DNA of 64,000 bases, taken from assembly GCA_963708025.1 (NCBI GenBank), contig CAVPSB010000014.1, positions 288,001-352,000 on the forward strand. The letters are read 5' to 3'. Position 1 is the stretch's first letter. Every line of letters begins with the position of its first letter. Below, in pieces: positions 1 to 10,165 of this stretch. The position numbers were made by a program, and so were the translations under genes. This DNA is from an uncultured Candidatus Rokubacteria bacterium. Its GTDB lineage: Bacteria > Methylomirabilota > Methylomirabilia > Rokubacteriales > DASRDR01. Below the pieces are notes generated by a model. The model had not been told where the DNA came from, ran no database searches, and worked only from the letters and a program-made list of their open reading frames with translations.

Positions 1-41
1 CACGCAAGGCTGGGTTGCCAGAAAACAACTGACCGCCGGCC

Positions 42-545
42 ATGGCCGAGATCATCGAATTCAGCACAGAACGCCTCCGGCTGCGTCAATGGGCGCCTCA
101 GGACCGCGAGCCTTTCGCTGCGATGAACGCTGACCCGGAGGTCATGAAGTACTTCGCCAGTGTCGGTACCCGCGAGGGAAGCTTTCGAACCATTGATGTC
201 TGGCAATCCGAGCTCGAAGAACGCGGTTGGAGCAACTGGGCAGTCGAGCACGTGGAATCGCGCGCGTTCATTGGCTTCGTGGGCTTGTCAGTACCTCGCC
301 GGGCCTTGCCGTTCATGCCGTGCGTCGAGGTTGGCTGGCGTCTGGCGAGAAGCTATTGGGGCAAGGGTGAGCGGCTCAACCTCGACGAAGTCGTGTCGTT
401 CACCAGCGTCATCAACTGGCCTTCCCGCGCCGTGATGAAACGAATCGGAATGGTGAATACCAGCGAAGACTTTGATCACCCTGCCCTACCTGAAGGCAGT
501 GAGCTTCGCCGACACTGCCTCTACAAAATCACGCTCACTGCTCGT
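42..545 (+). pseudogene. RimJ/RimL-type GNAT acetyltransferase, internally deleted and lacking its own stop
   Basis: TERLRLRQW...VEVGWRLARSYWGKG joins directly to ERLNLDEVVSFT, so the usual YATEAA helix is missing; after RHCLYKI the frame runs on into unrelated sequence to 1175. Confidence 0.65.
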
Positions 546-559
546 CGCAACTCCGCTCG

Positions 560-712
560 GTCCGCGAGGCTGGCGGCGTACCAGCCCAGCGCGTCGAACT
601 CCCCCTCGACGACGATCGCTCGGCGGTACTGTGCGATCGCGTCGCCGGCGACGCTCACGCCGAAGAGGCTGCGGCCCTCGACCTCCCCGCCGAAGCCGAG
701 GGCGTTGAGCAC
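560..712 (-). pseudogene. DNA primase TOPRIM-domain fragment
   Basis: RSLFGV...AIAQYRRAIVVEGEFDAL resembles the DnaG-type LFG...IVVEGxFD motif. Confidence 0.5.
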
Positions 713-719
713 TGACTTC

Positions 720-1103
720 TCGCCCAGGACGGGCTTTCAGCTCACGGCGGACGCGCCCGAGGAGCGCCGCGCGCACGATCCGCAGCCGATCGAGGGCCGA
801 GAGCGGCTCGTCGGGCGGTCGTCCCAGCGAGAGCGGGACCACCTGCACGGGGACCCGCTCCAGCCCCAGCTCCTGGGCGATCAGGAACCGGTGCGTTCCG
901 TCGATCACCCAGCCGTTCCGGAGGATCCGGAGCGGTGTCCGGATCCCGTGCTCGGCGATGTCCTCACGGAGCACGCGCCACTCGTGCGTTTCGTGGAAGT
1001 CGGGAGGCCAGACGAAGCGCGGCTGGTAGAGCGCCAGCGCGGCCAGAGCGCGGGTGTCAGGCGGCAGGGGAGCGGGGAGGCCGAGCAAATCGTGCGACAC
1101 CAC
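720..1103 (-). pseudogene. ParB/Srx N-terminal domain protein (fragment)
   Basis: LREDIAEHGIRTPLRILRNGWVIDGTHRFLIAQELGLERVPV matches the ParBc GxxxP...IDGxHR motif. Confidence 0.6.
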
Positions 1104-1185
1104 GGCAAATGGTCCACCTCGCCTGTCGGGGTGAGGGGACCGAGATCGGTGGACCGCTGGAACCAAGGTCCGTAGACTACATGCC

Positions 1186-3057
1186 GTGGGGGTTGTGAAG
1201 GGAGTCGCGAGGCGGGCGACCTCCGATGCCTGGGGCATCGTCGGAGGCTTCGAGGACGCCCGCCGCGAGTGGCGGGTGACCTCCGACGCGACGCGCGCCG
1301 CGCTCCGCGTCGCGATGGGCGTCGAGCGGGACGCGGCGCCCCCGGGACCGCCCCCGGTCCGCGTGGTCCGCCCCGGCCAGCGGCTCCCGCTCGACGGCCC
1401 CGCCGAGCTCAGGCTCGAGGACGGCGCCTTGCTGCGGGTGGACCGGCGCCTTCCCCGCGACCTGCCGCTCGGCTACCACGAGCTGTGGCCGCACGACGGG
1501 GGGGCGCCCGTCCGGCTGATCGCGACCCCGGGTCGCTGCCACCTGCCGCCCGACCTCCGCGCCTGGGGCTGGGCCGTCCAGCTCTACGCCGCGCGGTCAC
1601 GCGAGAGCTGGGGCATCGGGGACCTCGGCGACCTGAGGCGGCTCGCGCGCTGGTCCCGGCGCGAGCTGGGCGCCGGGCTCCTGATGGTCAACCCGCTCCA
1701 CGCCGTCGCGCCCATCGTCCCGCTCGAGCCGAGCCCCTACTCGCCGACGACCCGGCGCTTCCGGAACCCCCTGTACCTCCGGGTCGAGGAGGTGCCGGGC
1801 GCGGCCGAGGCGGGGGCGGAGATCGAGCGGCTCGCGGCGGCCGGCCGGGCCCTCGACGAACGCCGCCGCATCGACCGCGACGCGGTGCTCCGCCTCAAGC
1901 TGGAGGCGCTCGGGCTCCTGTGGCCCCGCTTCCGCGGCGAGGCCGCCTTCGACCGGTACTGCGCCGAGCAGGGGGAGGGGCTGGTCGGGTTCGCGACGTT
2001 CTGCGCCCTCGCCGAGCACCACGGCCCCGACTGGCGCCGCTGGCCCGCCGAGTACCGCCGCCCGGCGGCGCCGGCCGTCACGCGGTTCCGCGCGGAGCAG
2101 GCCGACCGGCTGCGGTTCCACCAGTGGCTCCAGTGGCTGCTCGACGCCCAGCTGGCGCGGGCCTCGGCGGAGATCCCGATGATGCAGGACCTGCCCATCG
2201 GCATCTACGCCGGCGGCGCCGATGCCTGGGCCTGGCAGGACGTCCTCGCCGCCGACGTCACCGTGGGGGCGCCACCCGACGTGTTCAACACCCGGGGTCA
2301 GGACTGGGGGCTCCCGCCCTTCGTTCCCCACCGCCTGGCGGCGGCACGCTACGACCCATTCGTCCAGACGATCCGCTCGACGCTCCGCCACGCCGGCGGC
2401 CTCCGGGTCGATCACGTCATGGGGCTCTTCCGGCTTTACTGGATCCCGAGCGGGATGAGCCCCGCCGAGGGCGCCTACGTGCGGTACCCGGTGGACGACC
2501 TGCTCGCCATCCTCGCCCTCGAGAGCCACCGGGCGGGCGCCGTCGTCGTGGGGGAGGATCTCGGGACCGTGGAGCCCGGCATGCGGGAGCGTCTCCGGGC
2601 GTGCCGGGTGCTGTCCTGTCGCCTGGTGTGGTTCGAGAGCGGGAGGCCGTCGGGGTTCCCGAAGCTGGCGATGTCCGCCGTGACCACCCACGACCTCCCC
2701 ACCGTCGCGGGGCTCTGGACCGGCGCCGACCTGCGGGACCAGCAGGCGATCGGTCTTCAGCCCAACGAGGCGGGGACCCGGGCCATCAGGGACCGCCTCC
2801 GCCGGATGACCGACCTGCCCGACGGGGCGCCGGTCGAGCAGGTCGTCGAGCGAACCTACCGGCTCCTCGGCGAGGCCCGTTCGATGCTCGTCACCGCGAC
2901 CCTCGAGGATGCCTGCGCCGTCCCCGAGCGCCCCAACATGCCCGGCACCGTCACCGAGTGGCCCAACTGGAGCCTGGCCCTGCCGCTGCCGCTGGAGGAG
3001 CTGGAGGCGCGGCCGCTGCCGGCCGCCGTGGGGGCGGCCCTGAAGGGGACCCGCTGA
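1186..3057 (+). CDS. malQ: 4-alpha-glucanotransferase (GH77)
   Basis: WGWAVQLY, WGIGDLGDL, SPYSP, DLPIG, GAPPD, RVDHVMG, GEDLG, TTHDLPT, NMPGT motifs. Confidence 0.95.
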   Translation: MGVVKGVARRATSDAWGIVGGFEDARREWRVTSDATRAALRVAMGVERDAAPPGPPPVRVVRPGQRLPLDGPAELRLEDGALLRVDRRLPRDLPLGYHELWPHDGGAPVRLIATPGRCHLPPDLRAWGWAVQLYAARSRESWGIGDLGDLRRLARWSRRELGAGLLMVNPLHAVAPIVPLEPSPYSPTTRRFRNPLYLRVEEVPGAAEAGAEIERLAAAGRALDERRRIDRDAVLRLKLEALGLLWPRFRGEAAFDRYCAEQGEGLVGFATFCALAEHHGPDWRRWPAEYRRPAAPAVTRFRAEQADRLRFHQWLQWLLDAQLARASAEIPMMQDLPIGIYAGGADAWAWQDVLAADVTVGAPPDVFNTRGQDWGLPPFVPHRLAAARYDPFVQTIRSTLRHAGGLRVDHVMGLFRLYWIPSGMSPAEGAYVRYPVDDLLAILALESHRAGAVVVGEDLGTVEPGMRERLRACRVLSCRLVWFESGRPSGFPKLAMSAVTTHDLPTVAGLWTGADLRDQQAIGLQPNEAGTRAIRDRLRRMTDLPDGAPVEQVVERTYRLLGEARSMLVTATLEDACAVPERPNMPGTVTEWPNWSLALPLPLEELEARPLPAAVGAALKGTR

Positions 3058-3063
3058 CAGGCG

Positions 3064-3543
3064 TCAGCCGGCCACGCGCCCGCGGATCGCGTCGAGGACC
3101 TGGGCGGGGTGCTTGGCGGCGTCGGCGACCCGCTTCCAGTGCTTGCGCACGGTGCCGTCGGGGCCGATCCAGACCGACGACCGGATCACGCCCTTCGTCT
3201 TCTTCCCGTAGAGCACCTTCTCGCCGTAGGCGCCCCAGGCTTCCATGACCTTCCGCTCGGGGTCGGAGAGGAGCGGGAAGGGGAGCGCGAACTTGCTCGC
3301 GAACTTCGCGTGGGAGGCCGGGCTGTCGGCGGAGACTCCCAGGACGACGACCCCGGCCCGCTGGAGATCCTTCCAGAGGTCACGGAAGCCGCACGCTTCC
3401 TTGGTGCAGCCGGGCGTGTCGTCCCGGGGATAGAAGTAGACGACGACGTCCTTGCCCTTGAAGGCCGCGAGCGAGACCGCCTTGCCCGCGGCGTCGGGGA
3501 GCGTGAAGTCGGGCGCCTTCCGGCCTTCCTGGATCGCGGCCAT
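3064..3543 (-). CDS. bcp: thioredoxin-dependent peroxiredoxin Bcp/PrxQ
   Basis: YFYPRDDTPGCTKEAC motif. Confidence 0.93.
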   Translation of the reverse strand: MAAIQEGRKAPDFTLPDAAGKAVSLAAFKGKDVVVYFYPRDDTPGCTKEACGFRDLWKDLQRAGVVVLGVSADSPASHAKFASKFALPFPLLSDPERKVMEAWGAYGEKVLYGKKTKGVIRSSVWIGPDGTVRKHWKRVADAAKHPAQVLDAIRGRVAG

Positions 3544-3555
3544 CGGAGCGCTCAA

Positions 3556-3613
3556 TTCGGGACCTCCCGCCCACCCCCCAGCCCCCCTCCCCCTCCCACT
3601 GGGGGGAGGGGGG
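3556..3613. repeat. palindromic intergenic repeat, family A (TTCGGGACCTCCC...CCCCCCTCCCC/GGGGAGGGGGG)
   Basis: C-rich and G-rich arms pair; TTCGGGACCTCCC also occurs reverse-complemented at 63452-63464, and a partial copy lies at 8050-8070. Confidence 0.6.
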
Positions 3614-3647
3614 TGTGGGAGAGACCGATCATTTCATTCGCAAGCTC

Positions 3648-3983
3648 TCAGCCCCGGAGCGCGTCGAGGCGCTTCACGAGCTCGGCCTTGGGGACCGCGC
3701 CGACGACGGTGTTGACCACGGCGCCGTCCTTGAAGAAGAGCAGGGTCGGGATCGCCTGGATGCCGAAGCGCGCCGCCAGGGCCGACTGCTCGTCCACGTT
3801 GACCTTGGCGACCAGCACGCCGGCCGGCGCCTCGCGCGCGACCTCCTCGAGGATGGGGGCCATGGCCCGGCACGGTCCACACCAGGGCGCCCAGAAATCC
3901 ACGACCAGGCCGGGCTGGGCGGCCACGGCGTCGAAGAAGGTGGTCTCCGTCAGGGATTCGATGGTCGCGTCGGGGGCGCTCAT
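3648..3983 (-). CDS. trxA: thioredoxin
   Basis: VVDFWAPWCGPC and IPTLLFFKDG. Confidence 0.93.
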   Translation of the reverse strand: MSAPDATIESLTETTFFDAVAAQPGLVVDFWAPWCGPCRAMAPILEEVAREAPAGVLVAKVNVDEQSALAARFGIQAIPTLLFFKDGAVVNTVVGAVPKAELVKRLDALRG

Positions 3984-4183
3984 GTCTGGGCTCTCCTCGT
4001 CTCCGAGTGTCCGGCCCGTCAGGCCGATCGGGTGTCGTCCGGTGCTGCCCTTGGGATGCGGCCGGGGTCGCCGCCGATTCAACGGGTGCCCCCCGGGGGG
4101 CGGCGCGCGGCCTGTGGTACTCTGGGCTCCGGCGGCCTGGCCGCCCCGAACCGCTCATCCACCATCCGCAAGAGGAGGGATCT

Positions 4184-4690
4184 GTGTCGATCAAGGTCGG
4201 TGACCGTCTCCCGGAGGGCACGCTGACGGAGTTTCTGGAGAAGGAAGCGCCGGGGTGCAACGCGGGCCCCAACGCCTTCCAGGTCGGGGAGCTCGCGAAG
4301 GACAAGCGCATCGTGATCTTCGGCCTTCCGGGCGCCTTCACCCCGACGTGCTCGGCCAAGCACGTGCCCGGCTACCTGGCCGGTCACGAGCGGCTCAGGG
4401 CCAAGGGCGTGGACGAGGTCTGGTGCATCTCGGTCAACGACGCCTTCGTCATGGGGGCGTGGGGGAGAGACCAGAAGAGCGAGGGCAAGGTCCGCATGAT
4501 GGCCGACGGCAGCGCCGCCTACACGAAGGCGCTCGGCCTCGACATGGACCTGACCCCCCGGGGCATGGGCGTGCGCTCGCAGCGCTACTCGATGCTGGTC
4601 GAGAACGGCGTCGTGAAGGCGCTCCACGTCGAGCAGCCGGGAAAGTTCGAGGTCAGCGACGCGGAGACGATGCTGCGCGCGCTCCCCTGA
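4184..4690 (+). CDS. Prx5-type peroxiredoxin
   Basis: GLPGAFTPTCSAKHVPGY and SVNDAFVM; GTG start after an AGGAGG RBS. Confidence 0.93.
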   Translation: MSIKVGDRLPEGTLTEFLEKEAPGCNAGPNAFQVGELAKDKRIVIFGLPGAFTPTCSAKHVPGYLAGHERLRAKGVDEVWCISVNDAFVMGAWGRDQKSEGKVRMMADGSAAYTKALGLDMDLTPRGMGVRSQRYSMLVENGVVKALHVEQPGKFEVSDAETMLRALP

Positions 4691-4830
4691 GCGGCGTGGC
4701 CGGTCGTCGTCACCGGATCGGGTACAGGCGGAATGTCCGGACATCGCGCCGTAGTCAGTGCCCTCGGACTCCTGGTCGGAACAGGAGTGGTCGGGATTTG
4801 ATGACGCGCCGTGGGGAGGGGCGGGGACGC

Positions 4831-5190
4831 GTGGCGACGCCGCTCGCCCGGATGGAGGGGCGGCGGGCCCTGCGGCTGCTCGCCCTCGGGGCGGTGGCGG
4901 GATTCCTCGCCTACCTCCTCCCGCTCTGCGACGCGCTCCTGGCCGCGCCGGCGCATCCGCTGGTGCGAGCCCGCGGGACCCCCCTCGCGCGCCAGCTTCA
5001 GGCCGATCACGATCCGAGCGCTGCCGGCAGCGCCTCGTTCCTCGCGGTCCTCGGCCTGGCCCCCGACCCCGCCCGCCTCCCGCCGCCGGCCCTGGGGGAG
5101 CCCCGTCGCTGCGAAGACCGGGATCCTTCCGGGTGGCCCCCGGACCCCGAGCACCGCCCGGACCTCTCGCGCAGCCCGCCCGGCCGCTGA
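4831..5190 (+). CDS. small membrane-targeted uORF with C-terminal RSPP (RAPP-like) motif
   Basis: GGAGG at 4815-4819 precedes GTG 4831 (alternative ATGs at 4801 and 4852); RR plus hydrophobic LLALGAVAGFLAYLLPL; ends DLSRSPPGR*. Confidence 0.6.
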   Translation: MATPLARMEGRRALRLLALGAVAGFLAYLLPLCDALLAAPAHPLVRARGTPLARQLQADHDPSAAGSASFLAVLGLAPDPARLPPPALGEPRRCEDRDPSGWPPDPEHRPDLSRSPPGR

Positions 5191-5332
5191 GCGGCCCGTC
5201 ACGCGTCCCCGGCCGACGGGCGGACTCGCCCCGGCTCGCGGGACTCGCCAACCCGCCCCCGACGGCGACAGCCCGACGGGGCCACGGAGACTCCGAGCGG
5301 ACGCGCGGGGCTCTGGATCCCAGGAGGGCCGG

Positions 5333-8042
5333 ATGCGGCGGATCTCATTCTTCTTGCTCGTCGCGGCGGCGTTCATCCTTCTCCCCCTCGCCGGGGAGGC
5401 GGTCAAGCTCTACACCGACTGGCTCTGGTTCCACGAGGTCGGGTACCCGGGCGTCTTCGGCAAGGTCCTGGTGACCAAGGTGCTCCTCGCCCTGGTGGCC
5501 GGCGCCGGGGTCTTCGCGCTCCTCTACGGGAACCTGCGCCTGACCGGTCGCGGACACGGGCGCGACCTGACGCTCCTGGACGCCGAGGAGGTATCTCAGC
5601 TCCCGCAACTGCCCGCCGTGGACGGTGATCGAGCCGCTCTACCGGCGGTTCCTGCTGCCGGGCTCGATGGTCGCCGCCTTCATGCTCGCGGCCCCCACCG
5701 CCGGACGGTGGCCGGAGGCGATCCGGTTCCTCCACGCGGTCCCCTTCGGGGCCACGGATCCGCTCTTCGGCCGGGACGTCGGGTTCTACGTCTTCGTGTA
5801 TCCGTTCCTGGCCGCCGCTCAGCAGTTCCTCCTCTTCGCGCTCGTCCTCGCCACGCTCGCCGTGGCCGCCGTCTACGTCCTGGCGCGGGGGATCCAGCTC
5901 GTGCCCCAGCGCCTGATCGTGCACCCCTGGGCCAAGGGCCACCTCCTGGCCCTGGTCGCCGCGCTGCTGCTGGTGAAGGTCTGGGGCTACGTGCTGGATC
6001 GCTACGCGCTGCTCCTCTCGTCGGGCGGGGCCGCGTTCGGGGCCAGCTACGCCGACGTGCACGCGACGCTGCCGGTGCTGAGCCTGGTGATGGGCCTGGC
6101 CGGCCTGGCGTCCGTCCTCTGCCTGGTCCAGATCGCGCGGCCCGGGTTCCGGCTGGCGGTGGCCGGGGTCGGGCTGTGGCTGGCCGGCAGCCTCCTCGGC
6201 CTCGGCGCCTATCCCGCGCTGGTCCAGCGGCTCCACGTGTCGCCGAACGAGATCGTGGCCGAGCGTCCGTTCATCGAGCGCACGATCGCCGCCACCAACC
6301 GGGCGTACGGGCTCGACCGCATCGAGGTCCGTCCGTTCCCCGCCCAGGAGGAGCTGACGCCCGCCCTGCTGCAGCGAAACGACACGACGATCAAGAACAT
6401 CCGGCTGTGGGAGCATCGGCCGGCGCTCGACTCCTACGCCCAGCTCCAGGAGATCCGCCCCTACTACAAGTTCGTGGACGTGGACAACGACCGCTACCGG
6501 CTCGACGGGGAATACCGCCAGTTGATGCTCTCCGTCCGCGAGCTGTCGCACGCCCACCTGCAGAACCGGGAGTGGCTCAACGAGCACCTCGTCTACACCC
6601 ACGGCTACGGCGCGGTGGTCGGCCCCGTGAACCGGGTCACGCGGGAGGGCCTGCCGGAGTTCTTCGTCAAGGACATCCCGCCCGCCGGCACCGCCGCCCT
6701 GCGCATGACGCAGCCCGAGATCTACTTCGGCGAGGTGGCGAACCCCTACGTCCTCGTCCGCACCTTGCGGCCGGAGCTCAACTACCCGGTGGGCGACCAG
6801 AACGTCTACACGCGGTACGCGGGCAAGGGGGGGGTGGCCATCGGCTCGTGGTGGCGGCGGCTCCTGTTCGCCGCCCGGTTCGCCGAGATCAAGATGCTCC
6901 TTTCCCAGGAGGTGGGACCCGAGAGCCAGATCCTCCTCCACCGTGCGATCACCGAGCGGGTCGAGGTCATCGCGCCCTTCCTCCGGCTGGACCGTGACCC
7001 GTATCCGGTGATCACGGCGGACGGGCGCATCGTCTGGATGCTCGACGCCTACACCACGTCCGCGCACTTCCCCTACTCCCAGCCGACCCCGGCCCTCGGG
7101 AACTACATCCGGAACCCGGTGAAGGTCACGGTGGACGCCTACGACGGCACCGTGCGCTTCTACCTGGTGCAGCCCGACGAGCCGATCGCCCGCGCCTACG
7201 CGGGGGCCTTTCCCGAGCTGTTCCAGCCCATCGGCGCGATGCCGGAGGACCTCCGCGCTCACATCCGCTACCCCCAGGATCTCTTCGGGATCCAGGCGCG
7301 CATGTACGCGTTGTTCCACATGCTCGACCCCCAGGTCTTCTACAACAAGGAGGACCTGTGGACGATCCCGATCCGGAAGTCCGAGGGGCGCGACGTCGAG
7401 ATGGAGCCGTACTACACGATCATGCGGCTGCCGGCGGAGAGCCGGGAGGAGTTCATCCTCCTGCTGCCGTTCACGCCGGTCCGGCGCGACAACATGATCG
7501 CCTGGCTGGCCGCCCGGTCGGATCTCCCGAACTACGGGAAGCTGGTCCTCTTCGACTTCCCCAAGGGCAAGCTGGTCTTCGGCCCCCGCCAGGTCGAGGC
7601 GCGGATCGACCAGGACGCCTTCATCTCGCAGCAGATCTCGCTATGGAGCCAGGCCGGCTCCCAGGTGATCCGGGGGAGCCTGCTGGCGATCCCGATCGAG
7701 GAGTCGCTCCTCTACGTGCAGCCGCTCTACCTGGCCGCCGAGCGGGGGCGGCTGCCCGAGCTGAAGCGCGTCATCACGGCCTTCGGCAACCGGATCGCCA
7801 TGGACGAGACCCTGGAGACCTCGCTCCAGCAGATCTTCGGCCGGGGGCGCGAGGTGGCCGCCGCCCCCGCGCCGGGCCCGGCTCTGGCCGCGGGGCAGCC
7901 GGGCCAGCGCCTGGCCGGGCAGGCGCTCGAGCACTTCCAGCGGGCGCAGGAGCACCTGCGGCGCTGGAACTGGACGGGGTTCGGCGAGGAGCTCCGGCGG
8001 GTCGAGGAGATCCTGAAGAGCCTGAAGGAGAGCGACCGCTGA
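5333..8042 (+). CDS. UPF0182 family membrane protein (frameshift near 5610-5625)
   Basis: YTDWLWF in the first frame; DPLFGRDVGFYVF, NIRLW, HLVYTHGYG, IYFGE, DAYTTS, NYIRN in the second. Confidence 0.92.
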
Positions 8043-8102
8043 GAAGGAGTGGGGGTGGGTGGGGAGGCCCTGGAGTGAAACAGGAGAGCCGGCCGGGTTA
8101 GA

Positions 8103-10148
8103 ATGCGGGGCATGGAGCCACGACGGACCGTCCGCACGATGTGCCCGATGAACTGCCATCCCACCCTCTGCGGGATGCTGGTCGAGGTCGAGGACGGGCG
8201 GCTGCTGGCGGTAAAGGGCGACCCCGACAACCCGGACAGCCAGGGGTTCCTCTGCGTTCGCGGCCAGGCCTCGCGGGAGATCATCGGGAACCCGAAGCGC
8301 CTGCTCCACCCCCTGGTGCGGGACCGGCGGAGCGACGACGCCTGGCGGCGGGCGAGCTGGGACGAGGCGCTCGACCGGATCGTCGACCGGATGCAGCGGG
8401 CCGGGCGGGAGGCGGTGGGGCTCTGGTCGGGACACGGCCTGTTCGCGAACAACTACGGCACCCGGGTTGGCTCCCACCTGCTGAGACGCTTTGCGCACCT
8501 CCACGGCTGCCAGTGGTGGCACCCGGCGATGATCTGCTGGGGGCTCGGCGGCTTCGGGATCGGGCTGACGGGGCCGCTCGAGACGAACACGAAGGAGGAC
8601 ATGGGGGCGCACGCGCGCCTGATCGTCCTCTGGGGCGCGAACCTGGCGAGCCAGCCGAACACGGGCCGCTACCTGGCGGCGGCCCGCCGGCGGGGGGCCC
8701 ACGTCGTCACCGTCGACGTCCGGGAGACGGAGGCGGCGGCCCAGTCGGACGAGGTCATCCTCCTGAGGCCGGGGACCGACGCCGCCCTGGCGCTCGGGCT
8801 GATGCACGTCCTCATTGGCGAAGGGCTATGTGACCGTCAATTCACGGAGAACCACACAGTCGGGCTCGCCGAGCTGGCCGAGCACGTGAGGGCGCACGAC
8901 CCCGAGTGGGCGGCCGGCGTCACGGGCGTTCCGGCCGAGCGGATCCGAGGTCTGGCCCGCCGGTATGCCGGAACGAAGCCCGCGATGATCCTCCTGGGCG
9001 GAAGCTCCATGCACAAGGGGGCGAACGGCTGGCAGGGGGCCCGGGCGGTCGCCTGCCTGCCGGCCCTCACCGGGAACCTCGGCATGCCGGGCGGCGGCCT
9101 GGGCCCCCGCCACGGCGCCGCGTCCCACGGCCAGGCGATGCGGGACATCACCCTGCCGGAGCGCCGGCCGCCCGGCGACTACGTCCCGAACCAGATGCCG
9201 CGCATCACGGAGTCCCTGGTCTCGGGCCGGGTCCGCGTCCTCCTCCTCTTCGGGACCGACATGCTCTCCTCGTTCGCGGCGGCGGGCGACCTGGCCGACG
9301 GGCTGGCCCGCACCGAGCTGGTCGTGAGCCACGACCTCTTCCTCAACGACACCGCGCGGCGTTACGCCGACGTCGTCCTGCCCTCGACCTCGTGGCTCGA
9401 GGAGCTGGGCGGCAAGGCGACCAACACCCACCTCTACCTGATGCCCCCGGTTCTCGAGCCGCCCGGCGAGACCCGCCCGGCCGCGTGGATCATGCGGGAG
9501 CTGGCGCGCCGGCTGGGCTTCGGCGCCGAGTTCTACCCGTGGACGACCGACGAGGGGCCGCTCGACGCGATCCTGGACCACCCGGCGACGGGCCATGCGA
9601 CGGTGGCGGGGCTCCGGGCGGAGGGCGGCATCCGGGCGCTCGCCATCTCCCACGTGGCGCACCCCGACCTCGCGTTCCCGACGCCGTCGGGCAAAGTCGA
9701 GTTCTACTCGGAGCGGGCGGCGAAGCTCGGGCTCCCGCCGCTCCCCGTCTACGAGCCCTTGCCCACGTCCGATCGCTACCCGCTCAGCTTCCGCCAGGGG
9801 CGGACCCTGACCGCGTTCCACGGCTTCTACGACCACGGCCAGGCGCTCCCGACGCTGGCGCGCCTCGACCCCGGGCCGTCCCTGTGGATCGCGCCAGCCG
9901 ACGCCCGGGTCCGCGGCCTGGAGGACGGCGCGGCGATCCGGATCTGGAACGATCGGGGCGAGTTCGAGGCGCGCGCCCGGGTCACCGAGCGCGTGCCGGC
10001 GGGGACGGTGTGGATGCGCGACGGCTGGACGGGGCTGAACCGGCTGACCTCGGGGGCGCCGAGCCTGCCTGACGAGGCGGTGGATCTCTTCTCCTTCGCG
10101 GCCGGCCAGTCGGCCTTCGACGCGATGGTGGAGGTGGCGCGGGTCTGA
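8103..10148 (+). CDS. molybdopterin oxidoreductase (DMSO reductase family, N-terminal 4Fe-4S)
   Basis: CPMNCHPTLC...FLCVRG, RPGTDAALALG, ADVVLP, TPSGKVEF and a C-terminal molydop-binding domain. Confidence 0.92.
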   Translation: MRGMEPRRTVRTMCPMNCHPTLCGMLVEVEDGRLLAVKGDPDNPDSQGFLCVRGQASREIIGNPKRLLHPLVRDRRSDDAWRRASWDEALDRIVDRMQRAGREAVGLWSGHGLFANNYGTRVGSHLLRRFAHLHGCQWWHPAMICWGLGGFGIGLTGPLETNTKEDMGAHARLIVLWGANLASQPNTGRYLAAARRRGAHVVTVDVRETEAAAQSDEVILLRPGTDAALALGLMHVLIGEGLCDRQFTENHTVGLAELAEHVRAHDPEWAAGVTGVPAERIRGLARRYAGTKPAMILLGGSSMHKGANGWQGARAVACLPALTGNLGMPGGGLGPRHGAASHGQAMRDITLPERRPPGDYVPNQMPRITESLVSGRVRVLLLFGTDMLSSFAAAGDLADGLARTELVVSHDLFLNDTARRYADVVLPSTSWLEELGGKATNTHLYLMPPVLEPPGETRPAAWIMRELARRLGFGAEFYPWTTDEGPLDAILDHPATGHATVAGLRAEGGIRALAISHVAHPDLAFPTPSGKVEFYSERAAKLGLPPLPVYEPLPTSDRYPLSFRQGRTLTAFHGFYDHGQALPTLARLDPGPSLWIAPADARVRGLEDGAAIRIWNDRGEFEARARVTERVPAGTVWMRDGWTGLNRLTSGAPSLPDEAVDLFSFAAGQSAFDAMVEVARV

Positions 10149-10165
10149 CTCGACCCGCGCGGACG

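Noticed and set aside
42-1175. 377-aa GNAT with a novel C-terminal domain
   Set aside because: The tail is the antisense reading of the ParB and TOPRIM remnants
1269-3248. Long Arg/Pro/Gly-rich alternate-frame ORFs here and throughout the window
   Set aside because: Expected from stop-codon scarcity at high GC; they overlap well-supported genes
3064-4690. bcp-trxA-Prx5 cluster as a novel system
   Set aside because: Ordinary thiol-redox genes
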